From the NCBI GenBank assembly GCA_038205935.1, contig JBBRBK010000065.1, positions 1 to 11,172 of the forward strand: a stretch of DNA of 11,172 nucleotides. The letters are read 5' to 3'. Positions 7,106 to 11,172 of the stretch are shown piece after piece (the stretch's first letter is position 1; every line of letters starts with the position of its first letter). Both the position numbers and the translations under genes were made by a program. Below the pieces are notes generated by a model. That model saw nothing but the letters and a program-made list of their open reading frames with translations. It was not told the DNA's origin and made no database searches. This DNA comes from Campylobacterales bacterium. GTDB lineage: Bacteria > Campylobacterota > Campylobacteria > Campylobacterales > Sulfurimonadaceae.

Positions 7106-10100
7106 TTATAGCCACAAAAGTTGGGCATCTACTACTTCTATATTTATCTCTTTTGCGATATCTTTATAGAAATTGAGTTGAGTGTTGTATTTTTCTCTCT
7201 TCTCTTGCGTCTCTTTCCCTGTTTTAAAATCCACTATTATCCAGCCATTTTTTGATGCATCAAAATAAAGTAGATCTATAAACCCTTTTTTGTTTTCCAA
7301 ATGAAACTCCAGTTCAAAGCGGTGGTCGGCACCGTTTTCGAGCTGACTAAATACCTCACTTTGATAAAATCTATCCATATAATTTGAAATATTATCTTTA
7401 TCCTTTTGCTCATATATTTCCATCTTATCAAAGATACTTTCTTTATTGTTTGCGAAACTTTCCCAATACAGCTCGATGATTTTATGTGTCAGTGTGCCGA
7501 GTGCTACTGCACTTTCATTTAGAGCGGTTTCAGCATCTGTTTTTGTTGCGCTGATGGACTCTTTGACAGTAAAGGTTATAGGCGCAAAGTTATGTTGCAC
7601 ATACTCAACTGCCACTCTTTGTGAAGCTTGTGGTCTCTCTTTTTCTAACTCAACACAATAGTTCTTATTTTGTAAAAAGAGTTGTTTAACATCTATCTCT
7701 AAAGATTTACAGATCATGGAGAGATAACTATCCTCACGAAGAGAGATATCGCCCTCTTTCTTTTGACCCAGCACTGCTGATATGACGACATCATGTTCTG
7801 CACGGGTAAGTGCAACATAAAATAATCTCTTTTTTTCTGCGAGATGTTTTAATTTATCTACCTGCTTGAGTATTCTATGACTTAGTGGCGTATATTTACC
7901 TATCTTAAAGCCTACTAACTCTTTTTGTACTCCATTGATTGTGACATTATTGTGTTTGAGCGCATCGCTTGTAATCTGAGAATAAAGCCCTTTGTCACTG
8001 TTTACGAGTAAAACAAGCGGATATGCCAAGCCTTTTGTAGCGTGAATTGAGCAAAGTTCTATCGATTTAGTATTGTCAGATTTGAAAAACGCTTCGTCCT
8101 CTTTTGCTTCACTAAAATAGATCGAGTTTTCAAGTAAGGTCAGAAATCCTCTAAGATCTGTATTTTTAGAGTTTTGATAATCAAGACAAAGAGATAGAAA
8201 TTTATAAAGATTTGCCACCCTTTGATCGACATCATCAAAATGTGAATAGACACCCATAATATTTGAGTCATCATAAACATACTTCACAGCTTGAGCTAAA
8301 GGGATTGCATCAAAGATTTCTACATAAGTTTTTAGTTTTTCTGGAAGCGTTTGATTATCAAAATGTTTCTTGATGGAATTATCATCTATCTTTAAAACAT
8401 TTGAACGCATCGCACCTGCAAGATAGTATTTATCAAATTCTGAGAAATCTTTTTGCCTTAATGCAATAATGCTTATCGCTTTTAAGAGGTTAAAAATATC
8501 ATTGACCTCTTTAGTATGATAAAAATTCTCGCTCGCACTTACTTTGGCGCTCAAACCTTTTTCTCGCAGCTTTTGTTTTAGAGTGAGCATCTTCGTCTTG
8601 CTATCAAAGATGATGGCTATAGCTTTCTCTTTTTGAGATATTTTTTGAGTTATATGCGCATAATCTGGATTTGTCCCATTACAAAGATCCTCGATAAATG
8701 AAGTAATGGTATCTGACTCATCTTGGCTCTCATCTTGATACTCTTTTGAAGTGATGAGATATTTGAAACTCCCTTTTTCTTGACGTGAATTTTTAAATAC
8801 ATGTAAGTCTTGTGGATCTGCTTCATAGTCTTGACGAATCATTTGAAGGTTTTCATCTTTTTTTAGAAGTTCTTGAAATATCTTATTGACGTTATCTAAA
8901 ACAACGCCGTCACTTCTATGGTTTGTATCCATCGGCTCAATGGAGCTAAAAAGACTTTTATCTAGCACGGCATTATTAAAAACCTCTATTTCTGCCCCTT
9001 GAAATGAGTAGATAGACTGCTTACTGTCTCCCACGACAAAAAGGTTTGTATCGGTATTCATGGCATTTTTTACTATCTCAAACTGTATCTCATTGGTATC
9101 TTGAAACTCATCGACCATGATATATTTGAAGTTAGTTTTGACTTGAGGCATGATCTCTAAAGTCTTTAAGATTATCGTATCAAAATCGATCTTCTCAATC
9201 TCTTGGAGTCTTTGGTCGTAAGCAGTTTTAATACTATGCAATATGACTTTTAGCTTTTCTATCTTTTCATAGAAGAGCGCTTCTTTTTGTAGGTCGATAA
9301 AAGCATAGTGTTGTACAAATTTTTCCATTGCATCTTTAGCAGCCGTTGCAAATGGAAACTTTTTTACTCCAAGGTTTGGCGCTTTTTGATCTTCATTGAT
9401 CTGACTCCATGGCTTTGCACAAAAATCTATGAAGTTTTTATAATACTGATGAAACCACGTTGATCTTTGAGTATCACCACCAAGTTCTTCCTCTGCTTCA
9501 TCGATCTCAGGCAAAGGGTATAACTCATGGATCAATGCCTTACATGTAGAGATATCCATACTTTGTTGATTGAAGCTATCGAAATGTTTTCTGAACTTAG
9601 AATCGCCTACATAGCGCTCAATCAAACCGGAGATAAAAAACATACTGATATCAGCAGTGATGCCAAGCACCAAATCTTTGTGTATTGGATTATTAAGTAG
9701 ATCAAAAATGATCTTTGAGAGTTCGCTCGCTTTTTCATCATCTTTGATAATATCAAGTTTTGTATCTATTTTTGCGATGTCTGAGTTTGCTTTAATAATG
9801 TCAAAACAAAAAGAGTGAATGGTCGAAATCTTTGCGTTGCTACTGTTTTGATAAGCATTTTGAAGTGTTGTGAGAACGTAGGTGTGCTGTTCTTGTGTGA
9901 GTTGTGTATTTGCCTCTTTGATAGAACCATAGTCATCATCTTTTTCATCGAGTGAATCAAAACGAATGGTCTTAGACACAAGCTCAAAAATTCTCCCTCT
10001 CATCTCTAAAGCCGCCGCTTCAGTGTATGTCATAGTCACTATTTGATTGACATTTGCAGGTTTTAGTTTTTCAAAATAGCTTTGCTCTGTTTGATAGTCT

Positions 10101-10219
10101 TCTCTAAAATAATCAAAACCTAAAAGTGCATTGATATATCTTCTACTAAGCGTGTAAGTTTTTCCACTCCCTGCCCCAGCACTGATAGCAAAACTTTTTT
10201 GAATGGTAAATTTATTCAT
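7106..10219 (-). CDS. UvrD/AddA(RecB)-like SF1 helicase with C-terminal PD-(D/E)xK nuclease, 1037 aa
   Basis: AGAGSGKT, TYTEAAALEMRGRI, STIHSFC, VDEFQD, VGDSKQSIYSFQGA, NHRS, SIHATKGL and RLFYVALTRA. Nuclease GTLTHKIIE...FELEF...GFIDLL...IVDFKTG...YNTQLNFY. Confidence 0.93.
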   Translation of the reverse strand: MNKFTIQKSFAISAGAGSGKTYTLSRRYINALLGFDYFREDYQTEQSYFEKLKPANVNQIVTMTYTEAAALEMRGRIFELVSKTIRFDSLDEKDDDYGSIKEANTQLTQEQHTYVLTTLQNAYQNSSNAKISTIHSFCFDIIKANSDIAKIDTKLDIIKDDEKASELSKIIFDLLNNPIHKDLVLGITADISMFFISGLIERYVGDSKFRKHFDSFNQQSMDISTCKALIHELYPLPEIDEAEEELGGDTQRSTWFHQYYKNFIDFCAKPWSQINEDQKAPNLGVKKFPFATAAKDAMEKFVQHYAFIDLQKEALFYEKIEKLKVILHSIKTAYDQRLQEIEKIDFDTIILKTLEIMPQVKTNFKYIMVDEFQDTNEIQFEIVKNAMNTDTNLFVVGDSKQSIYSFQGAEIEVFNNAVLDKSLFSSIEPMDTNHRSDGVVLDNVNKIFQELLKKDENLQMIRQDYEADPQDLHVFKNSRQEKGSFKYLITSKEYQDESQDESDTITSFIEDLCNGTNPDYAHITQKISQKEKAIAIIFDSKTKMLTLKQKLREKGLSAKVSASENFYHTKEVNDIFNLLKAISIIALRQKDFSEFDKYYLAGAMRSNVLKIDDNSIKKHFDNQTLPEKLKTYVEIFDAIPLAQAVKYVYDDSNIMGVYSHFDDVDQRVANLYKFLSLCLDYQNSKNTDLRGFLTLLENSIYFSEAKEDEAFFKSDNTKSIELCSIHATKGLAYPLVLLVNSDKGLYSQITSDALKHNNVTINGVQKELVGFKIGKYTPLSHRILKQVDKLKHLAEKKRLFYVALTRAEHDVVISAVLGQKKEGDISLREDSYLSMICKSLEIDVKQLFLQNKNYCVELEKERPQASQRVAVEYVQHNFAPITFTVKESISATKTDAETALNESAVALGTLTHKIIELYWESFANNKESIFDKMEIYEQKDKDNISNYMDRFYQSEVFSQLENGADHRFELEFHLENKKGFIDLLYFDASKNGWIIVDFKTGKETQEKREKYNTQLNFYKDIAKEINIEVVDAQLLWL

Positions 10220-10260
10220 ATTGCAAACTTTCCTTATAAATCCGAGTTTTTGTTGATAGC

Positions 10261-10292
10261 AGTATAGTTGTTTTTTTGACAGCTTTATGTCT
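10261..10292 (-). promoter_or_regulatory. GACA-N6-TGTC site plus -10 box (copy 2), promoter of the helicase-nuclease gene
   Basis: Minus strand AGACATAAAGCTGTC-N11-TATACT; the -10 box ends 41 nt upstream of the ATG at 10219. Confidence 0.7.
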
Positions 10293-10307
10293 ACATGTAA
10301 CTCTTTT

Positions 10308-10553
10308 TTAGCTTTGTTTTATACTTTCGCCAAGAACACCCAAAAACCCTTCAAGAGTTTTAAACTCTATCTCTAAACCTAAATGAAAAAGAATCAGATC
10401 GAGCGTTTTCACAGATACTGCACCAAACTCTCCTCTTTCTATTTTGCCAAATGTGACTCTTGAAATACCACATTTCACTGCTAGTACCTCTTGTGTCATA
10501 CTTTTATCTTTTCTAAGAATTTTTATCTTTTGTCCAAGCTCGTATAGTTTCAA
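10308..10553 (-). CDS. XRE-family HTH protein (orphaned HipB-like antitoxin), 81 aa
   Basis: TTG start with AAGGAG SD; LGQKIKILRKDKSMTQEVLAVKCGISRVTFGKIERGE HTH_3 pattern. Confidence 0.88.
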   Translation of the reverse strand: MKLYELGQKIKILRKDKSMTQEVLAVKCGISRVTFGKIERGEFGAVSVKTLDLILFHLGLEIEFKTLEGFLGVLGESIKQS

Positions 10554-10663
10554 ATGGCATCTCCTTATAACTTATTTCTTCACATGAAAGTTTCAAACAA
10601 GCTATCATTTTTGAGCCTATCTCTTTAAAATCTTCATTTTTTGTAAACTTCTATTTTATCCAT
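10513..10663 (-). pseudogene. Probable hipA remnant with large internal deletion
   Basis: ATG at 10663 gives MDKIEVYKK*. A shifted frame from the same A6 run gives NEDFKEIGSKMIACLKLSCEEISYKEMPFETIRAWTKDKNS*, overlapping the HTH start. The two pieces resemble HipA N- and C-termini (recalled family pattern, not searched). The span is 151 nt, not a multiple of 3. Confidence 0.55.
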
Positions 10664-10675
10664 TATAGCCTCAAA

Positions 10676-10726
10676 ATGATAATATTAGTTATCATAATAG
10701 TATAAATGTAAAGTAATATTTACATT
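10676..10726. promoter_or_regulatory. Two tandem operator palindromes flanking a -10 box
   Basis: ATGATAA-N6-TTATCAT (10676-10695) and AATGTAAA-N6-TTTACATT (10705-10726), with TATACT on the minus strand between them (10704-10699). Confidence 0.65.
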
Positions 10727-10755
10727 ATTAGTTCGATAAATTATCCACTTACCAA

Positions 10756-11172
10756 CTGACCTTACGCACCAAGGAACTAAAGTTGCTTTTACATTTCCAT
10801 GCAAACAGATTACATTGAACTCTACACGGACTATTTAATCAGCGGGAATGGTTATGCTACAGCGACAGGATTGTCATCTATGACGGATGGGTCAGTGAGT
10901 CATGATCAGATAGCACGATTCTTATCAAAGAATGATTTTACATCGAAAGATCTATGGAAACAAGTTAAAAAGACTGTGAGAGAGATAGAGAGTGAAGAAG
11001 CATGTCTTATTTTTGATGATACCATTCAAGAGAAAAAGTGGACAGATGAAAGTGATATTATGTGTTGGCATTTTGACCATACAGTAGGCAAGTCTGTTCG
11101 AGGGATTAATATGCTTAATGCCCTGTATTACAGTAATGAGGTCTCAATTCCAATAGCCTTTGAAATCGTAAA
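10756..11172 (+). mobile_element. IS701-family insertion sequence, left end (partial)
   Basis: Probable terminal IR CTGACCTTACGCA (10756-10768), starting 43 nt before the transposase ATG. The other end is outside the window. Confidence 0.75.
10799..11172 (+). CDS. IS701-family DDE transposase, N-terminal 124 aa (runs off window edge)
   Basis: Not in ORF track. MQTDYIELYTDYLISGNGYATATGLSSMTDGSVSHDQIARFLSKNDFTSKDLWKQVK...CLIFDDTIQEKKWTDESDIMCWHFDHTVGKSVRGINML. SHD..RFL and LIxDDT..EK are IS701-like motifs. Confidence 0.9.
   Translation, partial: MQTDYIELYTDYLISGNGYATATGLSSMTDGSVSHDQIARFLSKNDFTSKDLWKQVKKTVREIESEEACLIFDDTIQEKKWTDESDIMCWHFDHTVGKSVRGINMLNALYYSNEVSIPIAFEIV

Noticed and set aside
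7446..7661. 71-aa plus-strand ORF
   Set aside because: Antisense, fully inside the helicase-nuclease gene.
9766..9987. 73-aa minus-strand alternate-frame ORF
   Set aside because: Nested out of frame within the conserved helicase region; no SD or motif.
10741..10749. DnaA-box-like TTATCCACT
   Set aside because: Single 8/9 match with no cluster; expected by chance in AT-rich DNA.
1..11172. Composite transposon formed by the two flanking IS elements
   Set aside because: The elements belong to different families with unrelated ends, so one transposase would not mobilise the interval.

Overview
AT-rich bacterial accessory region; the protein styles and -10-dominated promoters suggest Campylobacterota, but that is inference. 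Two different insertion sequences bracket it, both reading outward and both cut by the window edges: an IS5-family element on the left and an IS701-family element on the right. All cargo genes between them lie on the minus strand. From right to left these are a deleted hipA remnant with an intact XRE antitoxin, a solo AddA/UvrD-like helicase-nuclease, an intact hipB-hipA pair tightly followed by a cN-I-type 5'-nucleotidase, a small two-gene module with a broken second gene, a BrnT-like toxin frameshifted in an (AT)n tract with its intact RHH antitoxin, and an archaeo-eukaryotic primase (AEP)-SF2 helicase fusion. The non-coding DNA is highly structured. It holds a centromere/iteron-like array of pentamer boxes at about 10-bp spacing (504-667), an identical 15-bp GACA-N6-TGTC site sitting 11-12 bp upstream of a -10 hexamer at two loci 5.7 kb apart, a 28-bp dif-like palindrome with scattered half-sites, and tandem operator palindromes. 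Overall it looks like a defence/stress island, possibly on a plasmid or integrative element. No database search was run; family calls rest on motif recognition.
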